Shown: piece after piece, positions 27,932-36,560 of the stretch | How the letters are laid out: the number at the start of each line of letters is the position of its first letter | Position numbering within the stretch: position 1 is the stretch's first letter | Notes under the pieces: generated by a model | Database searches by the model: none | What the model was told of the DNA's origin: nothing | The model's input: only the letters and a program-made list of their open reading frames with translations | Made by a program: the position numbers and the translations under genes | Virus record (IMG/VR): IMGVR_UViG_2934853166_000001 | DNA from: an uncultured virus (IMG/VR IMGVR_UViG_2934853166_000001) | Taxonomy: Duplodnaviria; Heunggongvirae; Uroviricota; Caudoviricetes | DNA length: 64,000 nt | Strand: one strand, 5' to 3'

Positions 27932-28210
27932 ATGCCCGACCTGACCATCACCAGCACCCGAGCCGAACTGCTGCGCGCCATCGACGCCGGCAAGGTCACC
28001 GAAGACTGGTACAACGACCAGCCCGGCGAGATCCTCCACCGCGAGTACGCCGGACGAACCACCCGCGTCACCGGCAAGGTTCGCGTGATGAAGACCGCCG
28101 GCCTCTGCGAGACCGACCCGGACGACAACGACATGCACGTCCGGCGCATCCGGCTCACCGACGACGGCCGGAAGGCGCTCGCTGACTACGACGCGAGCGA
28201 AGGGAAGTGA
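27932..28210 (+). CDS. Hypothetical wHTH-like protein (paralog of 27045-27329)
   Basis: ITSTRAELLRAIDAGKV...IRLTDDGRKALA. Confidence 0.65.
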   Translation: MPDLTITSTRAELLRAIDAGKVTEDWYNDQPGEILHREYAGRTTRVTGKVRVMKTAGLCETDPDDNDMHVRRIRLTDDGRKALADYDASEGK

Positions 28211-28590
28211 CCGCCGTGGCCTTCCACGACGACCTGATCGCTCTCGCCCAACACGCACGCGTTGACCCCGACCCCGACATTCGGGCCGCCGCACACCGGC
28301 TCCTCACCGGCGACCACGCCCTCATCCCCGAACTCGCCCGCACCGACTGGGCCGAAGCGGTCACCTACGGCGACGGCGAGGTTCGCTTCCGGGGCATGGA
28401 CGACGAGCAGGAGGCGCGCAAGTTCGCCGCCCACACCAACACCCACCAGTCGCTCGGCAGCAAGGCCACCGGCACCGACGTGGCCCACTCCGCCGCCGTC
28501 TACCGGGAGGTGCGGATGCTGGTCGACGGCACCCAGATCATCGGGCCGTGGATGGCACCCGCCAACCAGTTCACGAGAGGCCAGCAGTGA
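28207..28590 (+). CDS. Hypothetical protein
   Basis: GTGA coupling. Confidence 0.55.
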   Translation: MTAVAFHDDLIALAQHARVDPDPDIRAAAHRLLTGDHALIPELARTDWAEAVTYGDGEVRFRGMDDEQEARKFAAHTNTHQSLGSKATGTDVAHSAAVYREVRMLVDGTQIIGPWMAPANQFTRGQQ

Positions 28591-28820
28591 CCGACCGGGA
28601 AGCCCTGCTCGCCCTGCTCGCCACCATCCGCCCCCGACGGCAGGCCCTCGACGACGAAGAAACCCAGCTCGTCGCCGACCTGCGCGCCGCCGGCTGTCAG
28701 TGGAAGTTCATCGCCCAAGCCCTCGGCAGGGAAACCCCCAACGTAATTGCCACGTTCAAGCCGAAGCTGGAAGAAACCCGCGCCGTCCGCGTCAAGACCA
28801 GCCCGAAGGAGAAGCCATGA
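28587..28820 (+). CDS. Small HTH protein
   Basis: LVADLRAAGCQWKFIAQALG. Confidence 0.65.
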   Translation: MTDREALLALLATIRPRRQALDDEETQLVADLRAAGCQWKFIAQALGRETPNVIATFKPKLEETRAVRVKTSPKEKP

Positions 28821-29023
28821 CCACCATCACCTGCCCCGACCCCACCGCCCACCAGCCCGCCTGCAACGACACCCGCTACGACGACCGAGGCGACTGCGAC
28901 GGCAACACCCACCAGTACACGGCCACCGACTACGTTCTCGGCGCACGCCCCGGCGAGCAGGTGCAGATGTGCGCCGCCCACGGCCGGCAGGCAGTCCGGG
29001 AGAAGGAGGTACGCCGCGTCTGA
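28817..29023 (+). CDS. Hypothetical Cys/His-rich small protein
   Basis: ATGA coupling, RBS AAGGAG. Confidence 0.5.
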   Translation: MTTITCPDPTAHQPACNDTRYDDRGDCDGNTHQYTATDYVLGARPGEQVQMCAAHGRQAVREKEVRRV

Positions 29024-29038
29024 CCACAACCACGAATG

Positions 29039-29071
29039 AGGCCGCCCACCAGCACGGTGGGCGGCCTTTTT
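29039..29071 (+). terminator. Rho-independent terminator
   Basis: AGGCCGCCCACC-N5-GGTGGGCGGCCT followed by TTTT. Confidence 0.85.
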
Positions 29072-29341
29072 GCTGTCGAGAGGAGGTGGTCCGGTGACTG
29101 CCACCGCGCAGGGTCATCGCAGACCACCGCTGACAACAAGCACGAAGCAGGCGGCCCCGGCTGAGTCCGGGGCCGTTCCACGTCGAGAGGAGAACACCTT
29201 GTCTCGTAAGCCACCCCGCCGCCGCCCCACCCGCAAAGCCCGCGCCTCCCACTGGGAGACGTGGGGATGTCACGCCGTCAAGGTCGGTGTTGACCTGGCC
29301 GTGGTGCTGATCCGGGTCTTCATCGGCTGGTAGCCCGCTGA

Positions 29342-29372
29342 GGGCCGCCCACCTGTGACAGGTGGGCGGCCC
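29342..29372. terminator. Hairpin (same stem as 29039)
   Basis: GGGCCGCCCACCTG-TGA-CAGGTGGGCGGCCC. Confidence 0.7.
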
Positions 29373-29413
29373 CTTCCGGTTGCTGGCAAGCAAACCGCGT
29401 GAGCAACGAAGCA

Positions 29414-29470
29414 ACTTGCTACCGGTTTGCCATGGCACTTGCTATCCGTTTGCCATGGCACCTGCCATCC
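29414..29470. repeat. 23-bp tandem repeat x2.5
   Basis: ACTTGCTACCGGTTTGCCATGGC / ACTTGCTATCCGTTTGCCATGGC / ACCTGCCATCC. Confidence 0.8.
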
Positions 29471-29476
29471 GGGCCG

Positions 29477-29806
29477 TCACGCGGTCGGCAGCGGCCCCAG
29501 ACGGGCCGGATGTACCAGCCGGTACCGCCCCACCCCATCCGCCGTCTCAGGCACCAGATAGCCGGCCTCAACGAGATCGCCGACCGTCACACCCAACGGC
29601 TTGTCGCCGACATGCGCCCAGCGGTCAGCCAACGCCTCGCCGGTCACCACCTCGCCGCGCCGGTGAGACAGCAAGAACATGGCAACGCCGAACGCGTCGA
29701 AGTTGGGTGGGAAGTCGTCGAACCACGTCTGCGGGATGTAGACGTTCTTCCCGTCGTACGGCACGTCCACGTCGCAGATGATGTCGGGGATGATTCCAAG
29801 GTTCAT
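29477..29806 (-). CDS. Short wHTH protein resembling the Rep N-terminal domain
   Basis: AFGVAMFLLSH...LADR...VGDLVEAGYL. Confidence 0.6.
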   Translation of the reverse strand: MNLGIIPDIICDVDVPYDGKNVYIPQTWFDDFPPNFDAFGVAMFLLSHRRGEVVTGEALADRWAHVGDKPLGVTVGDLVEAGYLVPETADGVGRYRLVHPARLGPLPTA

Positions 29807-29822
29807 CGGGGAGCCCTTCCGG

Positions 29823-30626
29823 CTAGGCAATGTCTACGTCTTCGCCGGCAAGCCAGTCTTCGACGCCGGTCAGAGGGTTGTCTTCGCTGATCTTTTCGAG
29901 GAGCCTGCCCGGCCACCTGATCGGTTTGTCGGTGCGCCGCCAGAACGCCCGGTAGATCGCGTCGACAGGGAAGGTGCCGTTCGGGGTCCAGTTCTTGCCG
30001 GTGACCGTGAGCTTGTTGCTGCCGACAAGGTGCCTGAACAGTTCGCGGTCTGCGGTGCGCCAGTCTCGGCTAGGTGCTGGAGTGCTGGTGATGTCCTGCT
30101 CGTCCTCCTGCTCATCGGCTTCGTGAGCATGCTCGTTGTTCACGCCGCCACCGGAGTGAACGGAGTGAACGGAGGTGGTGCAGTGCAGTGCAGAAACATC
30201 TTCTTCTCTGGTGCTCCTTCTCGGTTCTTCTTTAGAAAGCCGGTTACCATCCGGCGGGAAACCACCCGGCGGTTTCGGACTTGTGGTCTGACCTGCGGAA
30301 ACGTCAGGCGCGGGTTCGCTGGTGTCCGTTACGGGCACGTCGTAGACGGTTTGCACCCAACTGAACCGGCCATCCTCGCCGCGTACGCGCTGCCGCTTGA
30401 GGTAGCCGACCTTCTCCAACTCCTTCAACGCGGTGCGGATCGCCTTCACGCCCTCACCGTCAGGCCGGGCTGCCGCTAGGTGCTCGGCGGTGGCCGTCCA
30501 GTTGTCGGGCCGGGAGAGAATGTCGTGGAGGATGCCGCTCGCCCGGTAGCTCATGCGCGGCTCGCGGGCGGTTTCGTTGGCGAGGATCAGGAAGCCGCGA
30601 TCTGGCCGGGGCGCTCGCTTGATCAC
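29823..30626 (-). CDS. Second putative replication initiator (wHTH), paralog of 14507-15757
   Basis: EPRMSYRASGIL..ILSRPDNW...AIRTALKELEKVGYLKR.R.R.EDG. Confidence 0.72.
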   Translation of the reverse strand: MIKRAPRPDRGFLILANETAREPRMSYRASGILHDILSRPDNWTATAEHLAAARPDGEGVKAIRTALKELEKVGYLKRQRVRGEDGRFSWVQTVYDVPVTDTSEPAPDVSAGQTTSPKPPGGFPPDGNRLSKEEPRRSTREEDVSALHCTTSVHSVHSGGGVNNEHAHEADEQEDEQDITSTPAPSRDWRTADRELFRHLVGSNKLTVTGKNWTPNGTFPVDAIYRAFWRRTDKPIRWPGRLLEKISEDNPLTGVEDWLAGEDVDIA

Positions 30627-30869
30627 GAGAGCACCCCCGGCGTGCGGTTGGTGTGGGTGGCGGCGATGCGCACACCAGTTCGGACGGGGTAGGCTCGTAC
30701 CATCATCGTTGGTCGCCCCCTAATGGCGATCATGGGGCCGGGTATCAGGTGTTGGCGCACCTGCCGGCCCCGTCTTCTTTTGTCCCCCCACCCTACCTGC
30801 TGTCCGGATCATGCCGGTCGCCGCCGACGCCCAGGACAACGGCGCTGCCGCCGGCTGACAATCAAAGGC

Positions 30870-31040
30870 GTGAACGCTCGCATGCCCGGCAGATACGCCC
30901 GACCCCACTGCCCCCACTGCCACGGCCCGGCCGGACCTGACTGTCCTGTCCGGTCGAAGTCGCCGCGTCAGGTGCGGCAGCAGTTGCGGCGCGAACTACG
31001 GCGTGAGGTGGTGGAGGCGGTGCCTCGACGGCGGGCATGA
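30870..31040 (+). CDS. Small basic Cys-rich peptide
   Basis: CPHC...DC; GACAAT 7 nt before GTG; hairpin at 31042-31073 follows. Confidence 0.4.
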   Translation: MNARMPGRYARPHCPHCHGPAGPDCPVRSKSPRQVRQQLRRELRREVVEAVPRRRA

Positions 31041-31126
31041 GGAAGCCCCGACCGGGTCGCCAGGCGGGGCTTCGCTTTGCTCCCAACTTCCTGCCAGTTG
31101 CTCCTAAATTGGGAGCAACGCTGCCG

Positions 31127-32527
31127 CTACCCGCCGAGCAGCACGTCCCGCCACCGCCACGCCAACTCCAGGCACCCGGCCCCGGCGGGCGCGACACGAC
31201 CGGAGCCGAGCAGCCCTCGCACTCCCTCAGCAGTGAACGGGTACCGCTCGGCGACCACCTGGCCCTCGTCGTTGCGGTCGACGAAGTCCGCCGCCAACCG
31301 GTCGAACACCGGGGCGTCGATGACGAGCGCCGTCAACACTTCGCCAACCAACGTGAGTGCATCCAACGCCACCCCGAGGCAGTGCACCGAAAGCCGGCCG
31401 TCGGCCCGCGCCTCATCGAGCAGCCCGTACGGCCCTGCCGTGTAGTCCACCGGGCGGCCGTGCCCGTCCGCCTCCGGCATGCCCAGCAGCTCCTCTGCCA
31501 GCTCGCGCTGCACGTTGCGCCAGATCGAGAAGTCCGCCTCCCGGGCCGCCGGCAACAGGCTCGACGGCTGGAACACGCCGCTGGGGATCACCTGGAGCAT
31601 GCCGCCAGCAGCGGCCACGGCGCGAGGATCCCGGCGGTGCAACAGGAGCTCGGCCCGCGCCCCGTCACGCCGGATGGTGAGGGTGGAGATGGCCGGCATC
31701 ACCGGACGCCGGTCGAGCGCGAACGGGTCACCCACCAGCCGGCGGTACGGCAGGTCCCGCAGCGTCGGATCCGACGCCGGATGGCCGTCGGCATCCAAGG
31801 CGACGTACGCCAGCTCGTGCGCGAGGCTCTCGAACACGTCAGCGCACCCGAAGTAGGTGGTGTCGCCGAACGCCATGCGCCTCGCCGACCAGTCCACCCC
31901 GAGCAGCCTCCACGCGAACCGGTCCTCAAACAGCCTCGGGGGCGCGAGGTCCCGGATCGCACGGGTGTACCGGGGGTAGGAGCGCATCAGCGACTCGTCC
32001 GGCAGCATCCGGGCCGCCTCGCGTTCCGTGCCGTCCAGTGCGGGCGGGGGAGCGTCCGGCACCTCGGCCAGGCGCACGTCCGCCAAGTCGACCGGTCCGT
32101 TCGGGATCCAACCCGGGCCGGCGATCAGGCCAGTGCCAGCCAGCGCGTGACCCGGGTACAGACCGGCGGCCGTCTGAGCCAGCTCATGCCGCCTGGCGTT
32201 GAGAAGCCGGCGCGTCGCCACCCACTCGTCCTGCGACTTGGCAACCCGGGGATCCCGCACATCATCCATGAACCAGTCCTCTGCGCTCGGCCTACGAGAA
32301 CGCGACACCGACGGACGCTCAGGGATCCCCAACTCCTGCACAGACACCCCGAACACCCTCGCCAACGCGCGCTGATACGGAAGCGACGGGCGCTGCACGC
32401 CCAACTCCCACCGAGACACCTGACCGGCCGTCACCGCCGAACCCACCCGAGCCGCAACCTCCTGCTGGGTGAGCGCCGCAGCAGCCCGCAGCACGGCAAG
32501 CCGGTTCGGTGCCTCAACATCAGCCAT
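31127..32527 (-). CDS. XRE-family HTH fused to a Nudix-like C-terminal domain
   Basis: LRAAAALTQQEVA...VSRWELG..RP; C-terminal LLHRR...VIPSGVFQP...RELAEELLG. Confidence 0.75.
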   Translation of the reverse strand: MADVEAPNRLAVLRAAAALTQQEVAARVGSAVTAGQVSRWELGVQRPSLPYQRALARVFGVSVQELGIPERPSVSRSRRPSAEDWFMDDVRDPRVAKSQDEWVATRRLLNARRHELAQTAAGLYPGHALAGTGLIAGPGWIPNGPVDLADVRLAEVPDAPPPALDGTEREAARMLPDESLMRSYPRYTRAIRDLAPPRLFEDRFAWRLLGVDWSARRMAFGDTTYFGCADVFESLAHELAYVALDADGHPASDPTLRDLPYRRLVGDPFALDRRPVMPAISTLTIRRDGARAELLLHRRDPRAVAAAGGMLQVIPSGVFQPSSLLPAAREADFSIWRNVQRELAEELLGMPEADGHGRPVDYTAGPYGLLDEARADGRLSVHCLGVALDALTLVGEVLTALVIDAPVFDRLAADFVDRNDEGQVVAERYPFTAEGVRGLLGSGRVAPAGAGCLELAWRWRDVLLGG

Positions 32528-32677
32528 GGTGGTCACCCCCAGGTGGGCGTTGCGTCGGCGTCAACAGGTCAGCGTATGGGCGACCGGTAGGCGACGCCCA
32601 CGAGACGCCCATTGGTCGCCGAGCAGACGCCATTCCGGTGCCGTGTAGGCCAGATCACGCTGGCAGGCATGAAGCGA

Positions 32678-32935
32678 CTACGACGAAGCGGGCGCGGTGT
32701 CTTCGCCGAGGTTTCGGCGGCGCAGTGCCTCAACCGCAGCCTCACGCTCCCCGTCGGGCAAAGCCAGGACGCGCGACAACTCCTCCACCGAACCGGGGTC
32801 GATACGGCGGTGCTGGCCCGCTGTTCGGGCGGTACGCAGCAGCCCGTTCTTGCACCAGGCGATCACGGTCGACGCCGACACGTTCAGCCGCTCCGCAGCT
32901 TCGCTTGTCCGCAGCGGTTTGTCGCCGTCACCCAT
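32678..32935 (-). CDS. BldC/MerR-like HTH (excisionase-like)
   Basis: LRTSEAAERLNVSASTVIAWCKNGLL..ARTAGQHRRI. Confidence 0.85.
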   Translation of the reverse strand: MGDGDKPLRTSEAAERLNVSASTVIAWCKNGLLRTARTAGQHRRIDPGSVEELSRVLALPDGEREAAVEALRRRNLGEDTAPASS

Positions 32936-33044
32936 CGCCGCCCCCATCATCCGCACCTTCTGATCCTGCAAATTCTGCACAGTCTCGCACCGGTCGGTCG
33001 GCGAATGCGAGACGCGGTCGGTCGGGGTGTTGCCAACAACACCA

Positions 33045-33086
33045 AACCTACGAAAGCTGCGAATCCTGTAGAACCTGTGGCACACT
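33045..33086 (+). promoter_or_regulatory. Four 9-bp direct repeats over the tra promoter
   Basis: AACCTACGA AAGCTGCGA ATCCTGTAG AACCTGTGG, then -10-like CACACT. Confidence 0.55.
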
Positions 33087-33093
33087 GTCTGGC

Positions 33094-34605
33094 ATGACCG
33101 ACCGACCGACCACGACAGCCGACCGACCGGCACTCCGACCGGCCGCACTCGCACCCGAGTCGGTCGACGCCCCAACCCAACCGACCGACACCGACCACCC
33201 CCGCAACCGACTGAGCCGACTACTCCGACCGACCCGCACCGACAAGCCGACCGACCGGAAGGAGGCAACCGTGACCGACCACCGACCGACCGTCATCACC
33301 GCCCCGCCGGTCGACGCCCCCGCAAAGCCGGTCGGCCGAGTCGGTCGATGGCGTCAGCAGCGCACCGACAAGGCCGCCGACCGCGCCAACCGACTCGCCG
33401 AAGCGACCGACCGCGCCAACGCTGCCGCCGACCGCGCTGCCCGACTCCGCGCCACCCAGCAGCCCACCACCCAGCCGACCGACCGCACCGACGCCGACAT
33501 CGCCCCCATCCCCAACCGACTCACCTGGGCCGGCATCTGGGCCGACCGCACCTTCGGCGCAATGCCCCTCATCGCCCCGCTGCTGGTCTCCGGCTACTAC
33601 ACGATGAAGGTGTTCACCGGCGACCCCATCAGCGCCCACGTCCTCATCGCCTTCCTGGCTGCGTGCGCTCTCGAAGGCGGCGTGTGGAAGCTCGCCCGCC
33701 TCTACGAGGTCACGCTGGTCGCCGGGGACTCCACCATGGGGCTGCGCTTCGGCATCGGCATCTACCTCGCACTGATCTCCGGCCTCATCTACTGGCACGC
33801 CCTCCACGAGGCGAAAGCGCAAGGCCGCACTGAGCTGGGCGAAGACGCCCTACCCGCCATCGGCGTGGCCGTCATGTCCGCCCTCGGCGTGTACATCTGG
33901 GCCCGCCGCGCCCGCTGGGTGCGCCGCCGCGAACTCCACGCCGCCGGCCGCGTCGACACGCAGGCACCCAAGTTCGCCGCCCTCGCCTGGCTCCTCTGCC
34001 CCATCGAAACGCCGCTGGCGCTGCGGCACGCCGTCAAGTACCGCATCCAGTCGCCGACCGTCGCCGTCGAGGACCGCCGACTGTTCGTGGCCGCCGGCCG
34101 ACCGGCCATCTGGCCGCCGACCGACCGCAATGCCACCGCGCCCACCGACCGGCCCACTGTCGCCGACCACAAGCCGACCGACCGGACCGCACCCGCCGTC
34201 ACCGACCGGCCGGCGGCGTCGACCGCACCGACCTCCGCCCCGACTGCCGACCGACCGGCCACCAAGCCGACCCCCGCGCCGCCGACCGACCGGCGGATGG
34301 TCACCACCATCCCCGCACCACGACCGACCCTCACCCAACCGACCGCCCCGACCACCCAGCCCCGACCGGCCCCCGCCAAGCAGAACACCGACACCGACAC
34401 CGACCGACCGACCTTCACCACCGCCGCCATCGAGAACGCCGCCACCATCCGCGCCATGTTCGGCACCACCGACCGACTCAAGCTCGCCGACGTCCGCAAC
34501 GCCTTCGAACCCCGCTGGTCCTACGACAAGGCCAACCCCGCGTTCAAGGCGTACCTCGCCGGGGCCGACCAGCCGACCGACCAGCCCGCCGCAGCCAACG
34601 CGTAA
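33094..34605 (+). CDS. Spd/Tra-like membrane protein (4 TM) with TDRP-rich termini; alternative start GTG 33271
   Basis: Central four hydrophobic helices (LEGG); first gene of the traB operon; AAGGAGG before 33271. Confidence 0.7.
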   Translation: MTDRPTTTADRPALRPAALAPESVDAPTQPTDTDHPRNRLSRLLRPTRTDKPTDRKEATVTDHRPTVITAPPVDAPAKPVGRVGRWRQQRTDKAADRANRLAEATDRANAAADRAARLRATQQPTTQPTDRTDADIAPIPNRLTWAGIWADRTFGAMPLIAPLLVSGYYTMKVFTGDPISAHVLIAFLAACALEGGVWKLARLYEVTLVAGDSTMGLRFGIGIYLALISGLIYWHALHEAKAQGRTELGEDALPAIGVAVMSALGVYIWARRARWVRRRELHAAGRVDTQAPKFAALAWLLCPIETPLALRHAVKYRIQSPTVAVEDRRLFVAAGRPAIWPPTDRNATAPTDRPTVADHKPTDRTAPAVTDRPAASTAPTSAPTADRPATKPTPAPPTDRRMVTTIPAPRPTLTQPTAPTTQPRPAPAKQNTDTDTDRPTFTTAAIENAATIRAMFGTTDRLKLADVRNAFEPRWSYDKANPAFKAYLAGADQPTDQPAAANA

Positions 34606-34622
34606 CCGACCAACCGACCGGA
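33095..34622 (+). repeat. Dispersed strand-biased (A)CCGACCG(A) repeats, clt/TRS candidate
   Basis: Dense at 33095-33500 and 34100-34622; nearly absent from the TM-coding core. Confidence 0.75.
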
Positions 34623-34631
34623 GGACCACCA

Positions 34632-34910
34632 ATGACCGTCGACAACCTGCCCGCCCGGCGCACCGCCCCACGCGCGGTCGCCGTCATCACCACCGCCAAG
34701 CCCGCCCAGACCACGCCGCCGGCCAGCACCGGCAACTACCTGCCCGCGTTCCGGCTGGCCACCGCACTCGCCATCGTGTCGTTCGCGGTCGCCGTCCTTT
34801 CCGCCGCCTCCTACCTGGCCGACCGCAGCGAGCAGGCCGCACTGTGCGCCGGAGTCGCCGGGGCGCTCCTGGTCGTCGCCCTCGTCGAGTGGTGCCGGAG
34901 GCGAACGTGA
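34632..34910 (+). CDS. Small 2-TM protein (Spd-like)
   Basis: RBS GGAGG; two hydrophobic helices. Confidence 0.65.
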   Translation: MTVDNLPARRTAPRAVAVITTAKPAQTTPPASTGNYLPAFRLATALAIVSFAVAVLSAASYLADRSEQAALCAGVAGALLVVALVEWCRRRT

Positions 34911-35087
34911 TGACTGTGCGTGTTGTAGCCGCCAATATCGGTTGAAGCCGTTATCGCCGATGTAGCCCCAGGTCAGACCCCCCTCCCCGGCGCGAAAGAC
35001 CCTCACGGAGGGGGGTGCATGAAGCCGATGAAGCCTTCAACGCCACCACCCAACAACACGGAAAGTCACGAGAGGGGAGGCCGGGAA

Positions 35088-36560
35088 ATGACCGACACCA
35101 CCGCGACACAGCCGCCCGCAGCGGCCCCCACCAGCCCGCGACAGCAGCGGACCACCACACGCCCCACCGTGTCGGTGCGCCCGGTCGCCGTCGGAGCCGT
35201 CAACGCCGCCACCATCGCCGGAGCCACCGCCGTAGCCGCCGGAGGGGGCATCGCCCTGGCTGCGCTCGCCGGTGGTGCCGCGCTCGCCGCGACCGCCGCC
35301 GGGGCGCGCAAGACCGGCCACGCGAAAGCCAACAAGGCCGCCACCGGCAGCCCTTTTCGCAACCCCGCCCGGTCAGGCGGCAGCCCCGGCGGTGGAGGTG
35401 GTGGCCGGTCGGGTGGCGGGATGCCTCGCGCCGGCCGGTCCGGTGCCGCATCGCCCGGGGGCCGTGCGCCCGGGTCGAAGCCGTCACCCACCCCCCGCGC
35501 CGGAGGCCGCCCCAGCTCGACGGGCAGCACCAACGGCAAGGGCGGCGGGCTCCTGTCGAAGGTTCCCGGGTTGGGCAAGAGCACCCCCACCGGTAGCCGT
35601 ACCCCCGGCGGATCCCGCAACAGCAACCCTGGCAGCGGCCGGCGCACCACGCCCACCGGGCACCGTCCCGCCGGATCCCAGCCGGGCAGCAGCAGCCGCT
35701 CCCCGCTCACCGCAGACAAGGTCGCCGCCGCACGCCGCCGGCTCGCCAACCGCCGCCAGCCTGGTCCCCGCCTGTCAGACGCCATCCACAAGGCAACCCA
35801 GCCCGGCACCGACGGCAAGAAGCCCACCGCCCGGCAGGCGTGGCGGGCCGCCCGGCAGCAGGTCACCGGCATGACCCCCAAGAACCGGGGGGCGCTCCGG
35901 CGGGCCCTCGCTGGCCTCACGGCAGCCGCCCTCGCAGCCGCCAAGGCGGGCCGGGACAACCGGAACGCACGCAAGCGCCGCGAAGCCGCCCGCCAGGCAC
36001 TCGACGCCCGCCGCGCCGCACGCCTCGCCGCCGCCCAGCACGCCAACCGGACTGCCGTGGCACGCACCATCCGCCAACGCCCCGGAACCCCCACCAACCC
36101 CAACACCCACACGCACAGCAACAGCCCGGCGGTGAAGCCGGCACCCATCACCCCGATCGTCGCCGCCAAACCGGCCACCGTCACCGCAACAGGAGGAACC
36201 GTCATGTCCCGTCAACTGCTCGCCATCTCCGAGGACTTCCTGTCCGCCGCCGCCCGCAACCAGCCCGACGGCATGCTCCAGGTCACCGCCGAGGCGCACC
36301 TGATGCCGCAGATCCTCGACAACCTGTCCCGCGCGTTGAAGCTGCGCTACGACCAGGCCCTCAAGCAGCCCATGCACCCGGCCATCAAGGACATGTACGG
36401 GGAGATCCACAAGAACCAGGTGGCGGTGGCGTCCGCGTCGGAGGAGATCGGCCCGACCATCGAGCGGGTCCACAAGGACGAGCTGGAGCGGCTCCGCAAC
36501 CCGCTGATGCGCGGCGACGAGTCGATGTGGGACACCGTCAAGAACCGGGACGTCGCCTGA
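35088..36560 (+). CDS. TraA-like protein (Gly/Pro/Arg-rich linker, helical C-terminal domain)
   Basis: Coupled (TGATG) to traB; internal AGGAGG-ATG at 36204. Confidence 0.6.
   Translation: MTDTTATQPPAAAPTSPRQQRTTTRPTVSVRPVAVGAVNAATIAGATAVAAGGGIALAALAGGAALAATAAGARKTGHAKANKAATGSPFRNPARSGGSPGGGGGGRSGGGMPRAGRSGAASPGGRAPGSKPSPTPRAGGRPSSTGSTNGKGGGLLSKVPGLGKSTPTGSRTPGGSRNSNPGSGRRTTPTGHRPAGSQPGSSSRSPLTADKVAAARRRLANRRQPGPRLSDAIHKATQPGTDGKKPTARQAWRAARQQVTGMTPKNRGALRRALAGLTAAALAAAKAGRDNRNARKRREAARQALDARRAARLAAAQHANRTAVARTIRQRPGTPTNPNTHTHSNSPAVKPAPITPIVAAKPATVTATGGTVMSRQLLAISEDFLSAAARNQPDGMLQVTAEAHLMPQILDNLSRALKLRYDQALKQPMHPAIKDMYGEIHKNQVAVASASEEIGPTIERVHKDELERLRNPLMRGDESMWDTVKNRDVA

Noticed and set aside
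34911..35087. Structured element in the tra intergenic gap (CCCCCTCC/GGAGGGGG stem, TGAAGCC x3)
   Set aside because: Short stems are expected by chance at this GC content; no further support.
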